Below are positions 1 through 12,905 of a DNA stretch of 64,000 bases, piece after piece. This DNA is from Yuukianura sp. NJ FZ-2021 (Eukaryota): the NCBI GenBank assembly GCA_046563655.1, contig CM102289.1:9548001-9612000 (forward strand). Reading direction: 5' to 3'. The position numbers and the translations under genes were made by a program. A model generated the notes under the pieces. The model worked only from the letters and a program-made list of their open reading frames with translations, searched no databases and was not told the DNA's origin. Positions within the stretch are counted from its first letter, which is position 1; each line of letters starts with the position of its first letter.

Positions 1-2086
1 AAAAATTTCCTAAACTACTAAACTTTCAATTTTTTTTTTAAATTATTGAGGCAAAGTAACACTTTCAGCATCAAGTACCAATTGGATTTTTCTTGGCTTT
101 GTGCAATTTTGAAATTATTTTCTGTCAGGGTGTACAAAATTTTACCAAAAATTTGACAAATTGTTCTAAAAATTGAGTTTTTTTGAAGTTTAAAAATTGG
201 AAAAAAATTAGAAACAAGATCAGGTTCAGATTCTCGTTGGTCATTTTTAAAAACTTTCCAAAAAAAAATAAGACTTTTACCGTAATTACTAAATTTGCAA
301 GCCAAAAAACTTAAGCCGATTTTCCACGTGTGCTTTCTAATCAATCAGTTTGAGGAAGTAATTATATGAAGTTTAGGGAATTTTGAAAAGGCAGGTTAAC
401 AGACCAGTATGAGTACAGACAATGTTCGAGAAAGTTAAAAACAACAACAACAGGAATTTACCAACAACAACAACTCCTGTTGTGAAACTTTAAAAAAGAA
501 TTCGCACAAGTCCTTTTTAAAGGATCCATTCAATGCACAATTTATAGGCTTTAAGAGAAAGTGAAAAAGAGTTTGTCCTTGATTAGGGTTTTACCAATGT
601 CGTCCTTATAACTTTAACTTTAATTAGCCATTAAGTATCAATTGTCTTCGAAATTTTAGAATTCGGTTATTCACGAAAACTAAATTTCAAAATTTGGAAT
701 TGGCAAAGCCCTCTATAAATTTAGTGATAGTCTAAATCGTTAAGTGTTGTCCTAAAATGTCAAAACAATAACCACCCAGAACAGTTAAAATTTCAACTTT
801 AGTTTTAAGTTTTCACTTAGATGTTAAAATGCAAAACAGGGAAATATGAAATGGGTTAAAACGTCTTGAGTTTCGGTTGAAAGTATTAATTTTTTTTAAA
901 TGAGTTTTTTGTACTATTGGCAACTTTTTTTTAAAGAACTTTTTGTTCACACGGTACAAAACTGTGACATTACAATTGCCATTTTAAAGACTGAAAAACT
1001 CTACTGGAAATACAAAGTTTTTTGGGATTTTGTACAACTTTTGTATAAATCTAGTCTTAGAACTTGTATTGAAGGGAGGGTTATCCTAAAATGGCAATTT
1101 TCAAAAAAATTGAAAAATTTTAAGTTTTAAAAGCAACTTTCTCAGACGGTGAGTACAAAAATTGATTATCTCCCTGTTAACTTGCAACTACTTTGGGTTA
1201 ATTAGTTAAGTCAATTAAAAGTTAAGTGAGAAGTGGCGCTGTGAAGCTAGACACAAAGGAATACCTCCTAAGGTCTAAAGTTAACTAAAATTTAACTTTA
1301 ATTTAACTTTAATTTTCTCTTAATTTATAAGTTTTATTGTCTTTCACAACGAGGTTGAAGGGTGCATCTTTTTTCTTTTTCATAGAAAATCTAACGTTAT
1401 AGTGAGAATATTTTTTGAAAGTCGTTGCATTTTGGTGGTGACAGAGGCTGTGTGGGCAGGATCTCTAGTGTTTTAATTTTAATATATTTAAATATAATAT
1501 TTAAATATTAATTATAATTATTGTTGACCGCCTTGCAATAATTCCTGGGTCAACAATGCAGACTGACTGGACCTAATCACACACGTTCTCTGTCATCGTC
1601 ACAAATATTCTCCTTATAAATTAGCATACATACTAAAAATATCCACAAAAATATTCAACCAATCAGAAAACTCCGTTTTAGCCCTAAACCAATCGGAATC
1701 TCCTTTTTAAGTTTAAACTTTTAACCCTGTTAACTAACTATTAATTGTGATTTTAATAAGGTTATAATTAACTAAACTAAACCAAAAACACAATTGAGCA
1801 AAGGTCCACTGACTAAAGAGTTCTGATTGGTCAAAAAGTTTAAAGCTGGTTTCCTATTGGTTCACTGGATTGGCTAAATTTTATGAAAAACGAATTGTTA
1901 TGTAAATTAGGATTCTAAATATTCGGCAAACGTTTAGTGTTTAAAAAAATACGTTCTCAACATCCAACGAAAAAAAAAATATACAAAAAAAATTAATTGG
2001 CAGTTACCTAGGCTTAAAATTAGGCTTAATTTTGGCGGAATTGTACGAAAAGTTATTTGACATATCAGTGAGGAGAGTAGTAACTG

Positions 2087-2804
2087 CAGGCATCCGGAAT
2101 CAGCTACCGACAATAGGATTTCGGCAGCACTTTAAAAATTGTCGGTTTGTCAGCTACCGAAATCGGTAGCTGGAAAATTAGAAAATTGAGTCTTTTTTAA
2201 CTCCAAAGACGAAAAATTTCGCGCGCCTTCGGCGCGGGTGATTCTACAACTCTTAAACCAGATTTTCATTCACGCCTACGGCCCGAAACATCTAAAAAGC
2301 TGCATTCCCAGGCCTCGCGACTACATACATCGATTTTTTTCAGAGTAAATCGTCCCCAGAAATCGATTTTCTCAGTGTTTTCTCAGTCCAGAGAACCATT
2401 TCTATGACGAGTTCGACTTCCGTAACCGATTTTTCTAATGTTCTTTGAATCTGGATAAAGATTTTTCGTAAAAGTCGTTCTCAGAGTCTCACGACTCCAG
2501 AAGACTAGTTTTTTCGGGTTTTTTGAAGCGGAAACTGATTTTTCTTCGCGCCTACGGCGCGGAGGAAAACTTCAAGTTACATTTTGAGAGCTTTTCCAAC
2601 CAAAAACGACGGTTATCCTGCAGTTTACATCGCATCACCTTCGAATACGGTCATGTAATCTCGTTTAAAAAAATGATTTTTGTATATAATGCGTTAAAAT
2701 TCACGTTTTTTTTTCGGCTCCGCCATTTTTAGTCAGTTACCGAAATCGGTGGCTGAAATTTTCGAAAAATTCGTAGCTGATTCCGGGTTCATTCCGGATG
2801 TCTG
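2087..2804. mobile_element. Non-autonomous DNA transposon (hAT-like), 718 bp
   Basis: Termini CAGGCATCCGGAAT / ATTCCGGATGTCTG are an imperfect TIR; 8-bp direct repeat AGTAACTG at 2079-2086 and 2805-2812; subterminal palindromes CAGCTACCGAAATCGGTAGCTG; no transposase ORF. Confidence 0.8.
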
Positions 2805-4058
2805 AGTAACTGTGCACTATTTAGTGTTTGTTTTTAAAGTGTTAAATTGTGAATTCGGTTTAATTGACAGTAACTTAACGAATTTAAAGTTTAAGTCCAA
2901 AAGTTCTGTGATTTGGTTTAAATTCCATCTTAACCTGCATTGAATTCGGCTCCAAAGCCCGGACTACAGATTATACTCTATTGAAATTTTTTGATTTTCT
3001 AAATTTTTCGTCAAGTTTTATGTTTTAAAAAAACCGGTTAAAGTGAGTCTGAAAGTCATTTAGTGGTGCAATAGCGTCTTAATAAGAACAAAGATCATGG
3101 TAACCCCTTGGTTAGAATTTCGAAATTCGGCCTACTCCGATTTTAAACCAGATTAAGTTTGGGTTAGTAATTTAATTGTTGTAGTTGATTAACACACAAA
3201 GTAAAAACTAGGCAGGGGGACCAACGACAATATAAAGTCAGCTTCCAAGAAACTTTGTGTCCTCGGTGTTATTAAGTTTACTTGGAAAATGCTAAAAACG
3301 GAAAGCGCAACAAAAGAAACGCAACAAAATAGTAAGGTCACCATCTTTGAATGAAACGCAACAATTTAGACAGAGGGAATTTTCAAAAAGTTTTTAGAAA
3401 ATTGTCCAAAATGTCATCTTTGGACTTTTTTCTAAAAACGTTGGACGGTATGTCTGAAAAATCTGAAAATTATGCATTTTAAAACGCGTTTAGAAAAACA
3501 GACGACCGTTGGAAATACTGCGCTTGCACAACACGAAAGTACCAACCACTTTATTTTTTTTTTGTCATTTTACTCAAAAGTACACAATATCATATTCGTT
3601 TCGCGTTTTTAGTTAAGTTACTTTCAAAATTTTATTTTCACAAGACAAAAATTTACAGATTTTTTGAATTCTTGTTTGATCATATTTAAGACCGTTTAGT
3701 GTTAGATTCTAATTGGATTACAGTTTTATGTTAAAGTTAAGATTTTATTTCATAATCTGGATTATTAATTGGATCAATTGGCGTAAACTGAAAAATAAAA
3801 CTTTATTTCCGAATTCGGCCCCAAAAAAAAGTTTCGTCTGTCGTGTTTTTATTGACTAGGGTTATAGTAATTAACTAAGCTTCGGCATTTTAGTTAAATT
3901 TTTTTTATTAGCAGTTCTTTCGAAGATTTCTCTACAAAAATAGTAGTTTTTCTAGGATTCAACCAAGTTTCGTCAACGTTTTCTAGACCTTGTACTGGAC
4001 AAGTTCTCCAGTCGTTGAAGTGGGACCTTCAAGGGCCCTCCAACTAAACTGCTTGAGA

Positions 4059-5972
4059 TTATTTGTATTCGGCATTCAAGGACCGACCAATGACTAGTCT
4101 TCGCACTTCCGAAGTTCCTGCTCCGATTTCATACAGTTTGGCATCACGTAAGAATCTTCCAGTTGGATAATCGTTAATATACCCGTTTCCACCTATTGTT
4201 AAAAAAACAGGTATTATTTGCTTGTAAAAGTTACATTTTTGCTTTAGCAATTTAGTTAAATTGGGAGATTTGATTACCTAAACATTGAATAGCCTGAAGA
4301 GCGATTTGTGTTGCATTCTCTGCTGTGTACAGGATTACACCAGCACAATCCTTGAGCAGAAGATTCGATTACGATTAGAAATACAAAATTTTGAATACAA
4401 ATACAAAATTGAAACGTTGCAGAAACGAACCTTTCGATTGTAGTGTTTTCGATCGCAAGCACGAGCGACATTGTAGAGGTAACTCCTGCTGGCACTCAGG
4501 ATGCAGTACATGTCCGCAATTTTTCCCTGCAAACAGACGTTTTTGAAACGTCGGCTTTAAAAACTGCATAAAATCCGGAAAAAACTTCAACATACCTGCA
4601 TCAATTGGAATTCTCCAATTTTAGTATTGAATTGTTTCCTTGTGTGGACATAGTCAAACGCCACATCGATACAAGCTTGCATTATACTGTAAACACAAAT
4701 TCGGTTGAAGTAAGGCAGACATAAAAAGGTGGATAGAAAATGTAAAAATAACACTTACCCGACTGGTCCTGCTGCTAATACTAATCGTTCCAAGTCCAGT
4801 CCACTGAACAGAACATACACTCCTTTGTTCAACTCACCGAGGATGTTCGACGCTGGAAAACACATCAAATTCATTACAACTTCTAAAATTAGCGGAGTAA
4901 TCGATTAACTGATTGTTGGAACCTGGTATTCGGCAGTCTTCAAAAATAAGTTCAGAGGTATTTGATCCTCGCATTCCCACTTTGTCCAGTTTCCTTCCTA
5001 CGGAGAATCCGGGCGTGGAAGTTTCTACAATGAAGGCAGTGACACCATGGGCTGCTTTGGATGTCGATGGATCCGTTTTGGCATAAACCTGTCGGTTAAC
5101 ACAAACAACGTCAGATTGCTTCGGTTCATGATGACTCTGTTTAAAAGTTTGCTTACCACAATGACATCAGCGTCCGGTCCATTCGTGATCCAGAACTTAC
5201 TTCCATTTAGAATAAAATGGTCACCATCTTTAATTGCCTTGGTTTTCATGCTCACAACGTCACTTCCAGACCCCGCCTCGGACATGGCCAGTCCACCCAT
5301 ATGCTCTCCTGAACAAAGCTGTCAAAAAGTAAGTTTCGTAATTAGTTGATTTATAATGTAGAGAGACGCTGATATATGATGTTGCCAAATACTAAGCTTT
5401 ACCTTTGGTAAGTACTTTTTCTTTTGTTCTTCGGTTCCATTTCGGTGGATCTGGTTGACACAGAGGTTAGAATGGGCTCCATAAGATAAAGCAATTCCAG
5501 CAGAGGCCCTTGACAACTCCTCCAGGATGAGGATCTGCTCCAAGTACCCGGATTCTGTTCCACCGTAGTCCCCTTTGACCGTGATCCCCAAGAACCCCAT
5601 GTCACCCATCTTCTTCCAAAAGTTTCTCAGGTCCTTGAATTGGTTTTCCTTGTCAATTTGATCCGCAAATGGAGCCAGTTCCTTCTGAGCAAAGTTGAAA
5701 ACAGTTTCCCTCAACTGAAACACAAAAAATCAATTGTTCATTACTGCAGAAGTAATTTCTTGTGGTAAATCATGAACTAAGCTATGTCATATGTGTATTG
5801 CCTGGATTTGCTCTTCTGTCAATCCAAAAATGATGTCATCCACGGGATAAGTACTGGCATGTCGGCAAGAGAGTCCTAAGGTCAATCTCCCTGTGGGCTG
5901 GAACATTTTGCGACTGCCCCATTTGGAGTAGTTGAGTAACCGGGTCACTTGTCGAGCTATTGACGATGTCAT
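4059..5972 (-). CDS. IVD: Isovaleryl-CoA dehydrogenase, multi-exon, with mitochondrial-type presequence
   Basis: Spliced peptides [106 protein letters not shown]. Confidence 0.96.
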
Positions 5973-6802
5973 CTTGACCTACACACAAAAACAACGCATA
6001 AGAATATGGAATCTTATGGAGTGGCGAATCGAACAATACGAAAAAAAAGGAACCTTATAAGCAGATGCTGCTTGATCTTGTCACGCAGAGGGCCAATTCC
6101 AAAAGAACTTGAGATCGTCAATTAAAGTGGTGTGGTGATCCGCCGTGCTGGTGTGTGATAAGAACTTCCTTGGGAATCAGATGGGTGTCCATTTGAAGAT
6201 AACTATAGCTTTCTCCTAATTTGCATAGTCAAAAAAGTTTAATTTACCAGAGGCGCCGTACCAGCAGCGGGGAACTGACGCAAATGCAGAAATGGGCAAA
6301 TAAAATTAATTAAATTAAACAAAACTGAGTTTCAATTAATTTAGCAAATGAAATTAATTAAAATGAAATAAAATTGATTAAAATAAAATAAAATTGAATT
6401 ATCTGAATAAAATTGAATAAAGTAAAAGAAAATTGAATTATTTGAATGAAATTGAATGTGCTTAATTTTAGTAAGAACAGATTTAATCGGATTAAACTAA
6501 ATCAAAGTGAAATATGAATTTGGAATTACGTTGACTTTCGAGTAAAATTAAATAAAGACTATAACTCAAATTAAGAACTATTGAGATTTGAATTGTATTA
6601 AAATAAGAAACTCCAGAAAACCATATGTGACTAGATTTGTATAGGATGATAAAATTAATAAATTGTATATTAGTATAATTCAAGTTGTTATGAGTGAATG
6701 AAGTTGGTGTTATTTAATTTTAATAAAAGTGGCATTAACTCAGACATGAATAATATAAACTAAAGGAAATAAATTCTTATGAATAATTCATAAGAATTTA
6801 TT

Positions 6803-9800
6803 CCCAAAGGGGTACCTTGTCGTGGGTACCCATTCCGCGGTAGCTTTAAGCGGTTAGCACTGTCTCCGCGGTTCTAAACTAAAAAAAACGAGTTTTTTTT
6901 TAGAAAAACCCAATGATGGCCACGCCCTTCAAAATAAAATTTTTTAATTTTTACACAAGGTACCCCAAAGGGGTACCTTGTCGTGGGTACCCATTCCGCG
7001 GTAGCTTTAAGCGGTTAGCACTGTCTCCGCGGTTCTAAACTCAAAAAAAAACAAGTTTTTTTTTGAGAAAAACCCAATGGTGGCCACGCACTTCAAAACA
7101 AAATTTTCTAATTTTTAAGAAAGGTACCCCAATGGGGTACCTTGACGTGGGTACCCATTCCGCGGTAGGTTTAAGCGGTTAGCACTGTCTCCGCGGTTGT
7201 AAACTCCAAAAAATAAAGTAATTTTTTGAGAAAAACCCAATGGTGGCCACGCCCTTCTAAAAAAAATTTTCAAATTTTTAACAAAGGTACCCCAATGGGG
7301 TACCTTGACGTGGGTACCCATTCCGCGGTAGGTTTAAGCGGTTAGCACTGTCTCCGCGGTTTTAAACTCAAAAAAAAAAACAAGTTTTTTTTTGAGAAAA
7401 ACCCAATGGTGGCCACGCACTTCAAAACAAAATTTTCTAATTTTTAAGAAAGGTACCCCAAAGGGGTACCTTGTCGTGGGTACCCATTCCGCGGTAGGTT
7501 TAAACGGGTGACAATTTCTCCGCGGTTATAAACTCCAAAAAAACATGATGTTTTTTGAGAAAAACCCAATGGTGGCCACGCCCTTCTAAAAAAAATTTTC
7601 AAATTTTTAACAAAGGTACCCCAATGGGGTACCTTGACGTGGGTACCCATTCCGCAGTAGGTTTAAGCGGTTAGCACTGTCTCCGCGGTTGTAAACTCCA
7701 AAAAAACAAGTAATTTTTTTAGGAAAACCCAATGGTGGCCACGCCCTTCAAAATAAAATTTTTTAATTTTTACACAAGGTACCCCAAAGGGGTACCTTGT
7801 CGTGGGTACCCATTCCGCGGTAGGTTTAAGCGGTTAACAATTTCTCCGCGGTTATAAACTCCAAAAAAACATGATGGTTTTTGAGAAAAACCAAGAACTG
7901 GCCACGCCCTTCAAAACAAAATTTTCAAATTTTTACACAAGGTACCCCAAAGGGGTACCTTGTCGTGGGTACCAATTCCGCGGTAGCTTTAAGCGGTTAG
8001 CACTGTCTCCGCGGTTCTAAACTAAAAAAAAACAAGTTTTTTTTTGAGAAAAACCCAATGATGGCCACGCCCTTCAAAATAAAATTTTTTAATTTTTACA
8101 CAAGGTACCCCAAAGGGGTACCTTGTCGTGGGTACCCATTCCGCGGTAGGTTTAAGCGGTTAACAATTTCTCCGCGGTTATAAACTCCAAAAAAACATGA
8201 TGGTTTTTGAGAAAAACCCAATGGTGGCCACGCCCTTCTAGACAAAATTTTCAAATTTTTAACAAAGGTACCCCAAAGGGGTACCTTGTCGTGGGTACCC
8301 ATTCCGCGGTAGCTTTAAGCGGTTAGCACTGTCTCCGCGGTTTTAAACTCAAAAAAAAAACAAGTTTTTTTTTGAGAAAAACCCAATGGTGGCCACGCAC
8401 TTCAAAACAAAATTTTCTAATTTTTAAGAAAGGTACCCCAAAGGGGTACCTTGTCGTGGGTACCCATTCCGCGGTAGGTTTAAACGGGTGACAATTTCTC
8501 CGCGGTTATAAACTCCAAAAAAACATGATGTTTTTTGAGAAAAACCCAATGGTGGCCACGCCCTTCTTGACAAAATTTTCAAATTTTTAACAAAGGTACC
8601 CCAATGGGGTACCTTGACGTGGGTACCCATTCCGCGGTAGGTTTAAGCGGTTAGCACTGTCTCCGCGGTTCTAAACTCAAAAAAAAACATGATGGTTTTT
8701 GAGAAAAACCAAGAACTGGCCACGCCCTTCAAAACAAAATTTTCAAATTTTTACACAAGGTACCCCAAAGGGGTACCTTGTCGTGGGTACCCATTCCGCG
8801 GTAGGTTTAAGCGGTTAACAATTTCTCCGCGGTTATAAACTCCAAAAAAACATGATGGTTTTTGAGAAAAACCAAGAACTGGCCACGCCCTTCAAAACAA
8901 AATTTTCAAATTTTTACACAAGGTACCCCAAAGGGGTACCTTGTCGTGGGTACCCATTCCGCGGTAGCTTTAAGCGGTTAGCACTGTCTCCGCGGTTCTA
9001 AACTAAAAAAAAACAAGTTTTTTTTTGAGAAAAACCCAATGATGGCCACGCCCTTCAAAATAAAATTTTTTAATTTTTACACAAGGTACCCCAAAGGGGT
9101 ACCTTGTCGTGGGTACCCATTCCGCGGTAGGTTTAAGCGGTTAACAATTTCTCCGCGGTTATAAACTCCAAAAAAACATGATGGTTTTTGAGAAAAACCC
9201 AATGGTGGCCACGCCCTTCTAGACAAAATTTTCAAATTTTTACACAAGGTACCCCAAAGGGGTACCTTGTCGTGGGTACCCATTCCGCGGTAGGTTTAAG
9301 CGGTTAACAATTTCTCCGCGGTTATAAACTCCAAAAAAACATGATGGTTTTTGAGAAAAACCCAATGGTGGCCACGCCCTTCTAGACAAAATTTTCAAAT
9401 TTTTAACAAAGGTACCCCAATGGGGTACCTTGACGTGGGTACCCATTCCGCGGTAGGTTTAAGCGGTTAGCACTGTCTCCGCGGTTCTAAACTCAAAAAA
9501 AAACAAGTTTTTTTTTGAGAAAAACCCAATGATGGCCACGCACTTCAAAACAAAATTTTCAAATTTTTACACAAGGTACCCCTTTGGGGTACCTTGTGTA
9601 AAAATTTGAAAATTTTGTTTTGAAGGGCGTGGCCAGTTCTTGGTTTTTCTCAAAAACCATCATGTTTTTTTTTGAGTTTAGAACCGCGGAGACAGTGCTA
9701 ACCGCTTAAACCTACCGCGGAATGGGTACCCACGTCAAGGTACCCCATTGGGGTACCTTTGTTAAAAATTTGAAAATTTTTTTTAGAAGGGCGTGGCCAC

Positions 9801-11773
9801 CATTGGGTTTTTCTCAAAAAACATCATGTTTTTTTGGAGTTTATAACCGCGGAGAAATTGTCACCCGTTTAAACCTACCGCGGAATGGGTACCCACGACA
9901 AGGTACCCCTTTGGGGTACCTTTCTTAAAAATTAGAAAATTTTGTTTTGAAGTGCGTGGCCACCATTGGGTTTTTCTCAAAAAATTACTTTATTTTTTGG
10001 AGTTTACAACCGCGGAGACAGTGCTAACCGCTTAAACCTACCGCGGAATGGGTACCCACGTCAAGGTACCCCATTGGGGTACCTTTGTTAAAAATTTGAA
10101 AATTTTGTCAAGAAGGGCGTGGCCACCATTGGGTTTTTCTCAAAAACATGTTTTTTTGGAGTTTACAACCGCGGATAAATTGTTAACCGCTTAAACCTAC
10201 CGCGGAATGGGTACCCACGTCAAGGTACCCCATTGGGGTACCTTTGTTAAAAATTTGAAAATTTTGTTTTGAAGTGCGTGGCCACCATTGGGTTTTTCTA
10301 AAAAAATTACTTGTTTTTTTGGAGTTTACAACCGCGGAGACAGTGCTAACCGCTTAAACCTACCGCGGAATGGGTACCCACGTCAAGGTACCCCATTGGG
10401 GTACCTTTGTTAAAAATTTGAAAATTTTGTCAAGAAGGGCGTGGCCACCATTGGGTTTTTCTCAAAAAATGTTTTTTTGGAGTTTACAACCGCGGAGAAA
10501 TTGTTAACCGCTTAAACCTACAGCGGAATGGGTACCACGACAAGGTACCCCTTTGGGGTACCTTGTGTAAAAATTAAAAAATTTTATTTTGAAGGGCGTG
10601 GCCAAGGTTTCTATAGCAACGAAATGCTTTAAGAGGTTTGGCAATAAGTCCTGTTTACAAAAAAATTCGCTCCAAACAATTTTTTACTCTGATTTTCCTC
10701 CAATCCCATTTGATTGCATATAAATCATTACCATAGGAAAGCTCGGTGAGCCAAGTTTTGCTAATTTTTAAACAAAATTTAAAACGCTTGAGTTATTGCC
10801 TAACCTATTGAAGAAAAAACTATTTTCTTGTTTACAAACCTTGGGCGTGGCCATCATTGGGTTTTTCTCAAAAAAAAACTTGTTTTCTTTGAGTTTAGAA
10901 CCGCGGAGACAGTGCTAACCGCTTAAAACTACCGCGGAATGGGTACCCACGACAAGGTACCCCTTTGGGGTACCTTGTGTAAAAATTTGAAAATTTTGTT
11001 TTGAAGGGCGTGGCCAGTTCTTGGTTTTTCTCAAAAACCATCATGTTTTTTTGGAGTTTATAACCGCGGAGAAAATGTTAACCGCTTAAACCTACCGCGG
11101 AATGGGTACCCACGACAAGGTACCCCTTTGGGGTACCTTGTGTAAAAATTGGAAAATTTTGTCTAGAAGGGCGTGGCCACCATTGGGTTTTTCTCAAAAA
11201 AAAACTTGTTTTTTTTTAGTTTAGAACCGCGGAGACAGTGCTAACCGCTTAAAGCTACCGCGGAATGGCTACCCACGACAAGGTACCCCTTTGGGGTACC
11301 TTTGTTAAAAATTTGAAAATTTTGTCTAGAAGGGCGTGGCCACCATTGGGTTTTTCTCAAAAACCATCATGTTTTTTTGGAGTTTATAACCGCGGAGAAA
11401 TTGTTAACCGCTTAAACTTACCGCGGAATGGGTACCCACGACAAGGTACCCCTTTGGGGTACCTTGTGTAAAAATTAAAAAATTTTATTTTGAAGGGCGT
11501 GGCCATCATTGTTTTTCTCAAAAAAAAACTTGTTTTTTTTTGAGTTTAGAACCGCGGAGACAGTGCTAACCGCTTAAACCTACCGCGGAATGGATACCCA
11601 CGACAAGGTACCCCTTTGGGGTACCTTTCTTAAAAATTAGAAAATTTTGTTTTGAAGTGCGTGGCCACCATTGGGTTTTTCTCAAAAAAAAACTTGTTTT
11701 TTTTTGAGTTTAGAACCGCGCAGACAGTGCTAACCGCTTAAAGCTACCGCGGAATGGGTACCCACGACAAGGT
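6803..11773. repeat. Satellite array, ~161-166 bp monomer; orientation inverts at ~9584
   Basis: About 29 tandem monomers, each with AAGGTACCCCaaaGGGGTACCTT, GGGTACCC and two CCGCGG; forward 6803-9582, reverse-complement 9586-11773. Confidence 0.97.
10603..10843. mobile_element. 241-bp MITE inserted in a satellite monomer
   Basis: TIR CAAGGTTT...AAACCTTG; 8-bp TSD GGCGTGGC at 10595-10602 and 10844-10851; removing it restores the monomer sequence gaagggcgtggccatcattgg. Confidence 0.85.
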
Positions 11774-11807
11774 AAGATAAGCGATAAACTATGGCACTAA
11801 ATTCCAG

Positions 11808-12239
11808 GTTGTGGAGAGAAGCAAAACGTTCCGAGCGGGGAGCCGGGACAGTCGAATCCGAACTTATTTTTATGGACGGATCGGTGGGCAAGTTCTGCAT
11901 CCACATTCGTTCCAAGTGAAACTTTCCGAAGTAATCTACAAAATCGGAAGTCCAGCTGTTCCATCATCTTGTCTCCCACTGGGCATGAAAGTGGACGAAT
12001 CCCGAACAAAGTTAGTCCCAGTAACACCGACGACTCAGCAGTTGCTGCATAAACTGCTCGCAATAAGTTTCGCTTCTGCTGCTGACGAAGACGTAATCCG
12101 GAAGAATGTTGCTGGTTACGTCTGTGTGACGGACATTGACGTGGAAAAGGGACGCATGACTGTTCTATCGCCGTCACCCGGACCACTCCCCAAGTTACTT
12201 CTTCTCCTTTCGGACATTCAGTTTATGGATTCCCAATAA
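11808..12239 (+). pseudogene. CLP1: Orphan 3' exon of CLP1 (polyribonucleotide 5'-OH kinase); no 5' exons in window
   Basis: ttccag|VVERSKTFRAGSRDSRIRTYFYG...IYKIGSPAVPSSCLPLGM...NVAGYVCVTDIDVEKGRMTVLSPSPGPLPK...DIQFMDSQ*; directly preceded by the satellite array. Confidence 0.8.
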
Positions 12240-12905
12240 CTATTTCTGTTTTTACATTAAGAATCAGAATAAGAATTTCGTCAACGTTGTCATTTTAGAC
12301 TGTCCAAGTGACAACACGCTGATCACTAATTAATTAACTTAAATTAAATTTAATAATCATTCACCTTAAGTAATTTAAAAAATACTTTCGATGCCCATAT
12401 GCGATTTTGCATTGCTTCGGCTGTATGGTATCACGTAAACTGAAAACAGGGTGAAAGTCCATAGTTAACTATGGGAGAAAGCTATAGATATCTCCAAGTT
12501 ATTATGGGTGGGAATCAGCTGCTTCTTATCTTGGACGCATTGGATTGGCTTAGGCTTTAGGTTGTAAGTGCACACTTAAGCATTAGCGAATCAGTCAAAA
12601 CTCAAAAGTACTTAAAACGGGAGATGAATAGGAAGACAGAATTAGAAACCATTGCTTAGCTAAAGAACTGTTCTGACCAACCATACACACATTAAGGTTG
12701 GGCTGATTTTAATCTTAATTTCTTCACTGCGAATCACATTACGTTATTGTAGCTTTGGAGTTTTGAAAAGAAGGCGAGGCCGACACTGATAACCTCCGCA
12801 GTGGAATTGAATCTTTTAATTTACTGTGTGTTTTTTAATCTCAAGGTTCATTTGGACGCAGGACAATCGTCAAGTTATACAAATTATCCGTGACTACACG
12901 ATTAT

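Noticed and set aside
1500..1870. Short inverted repeats and inverted CCAAT-containing segments
   Set aside because: Too degenerate to define an element; no TSD
6803..11773. CRISPR array, or repeated 68-aa genes
   Set aside because: The whole monomer repeats with no unique spacers, no cas genes, and a eukaryotic context; the ORFs are by-products of the repeat
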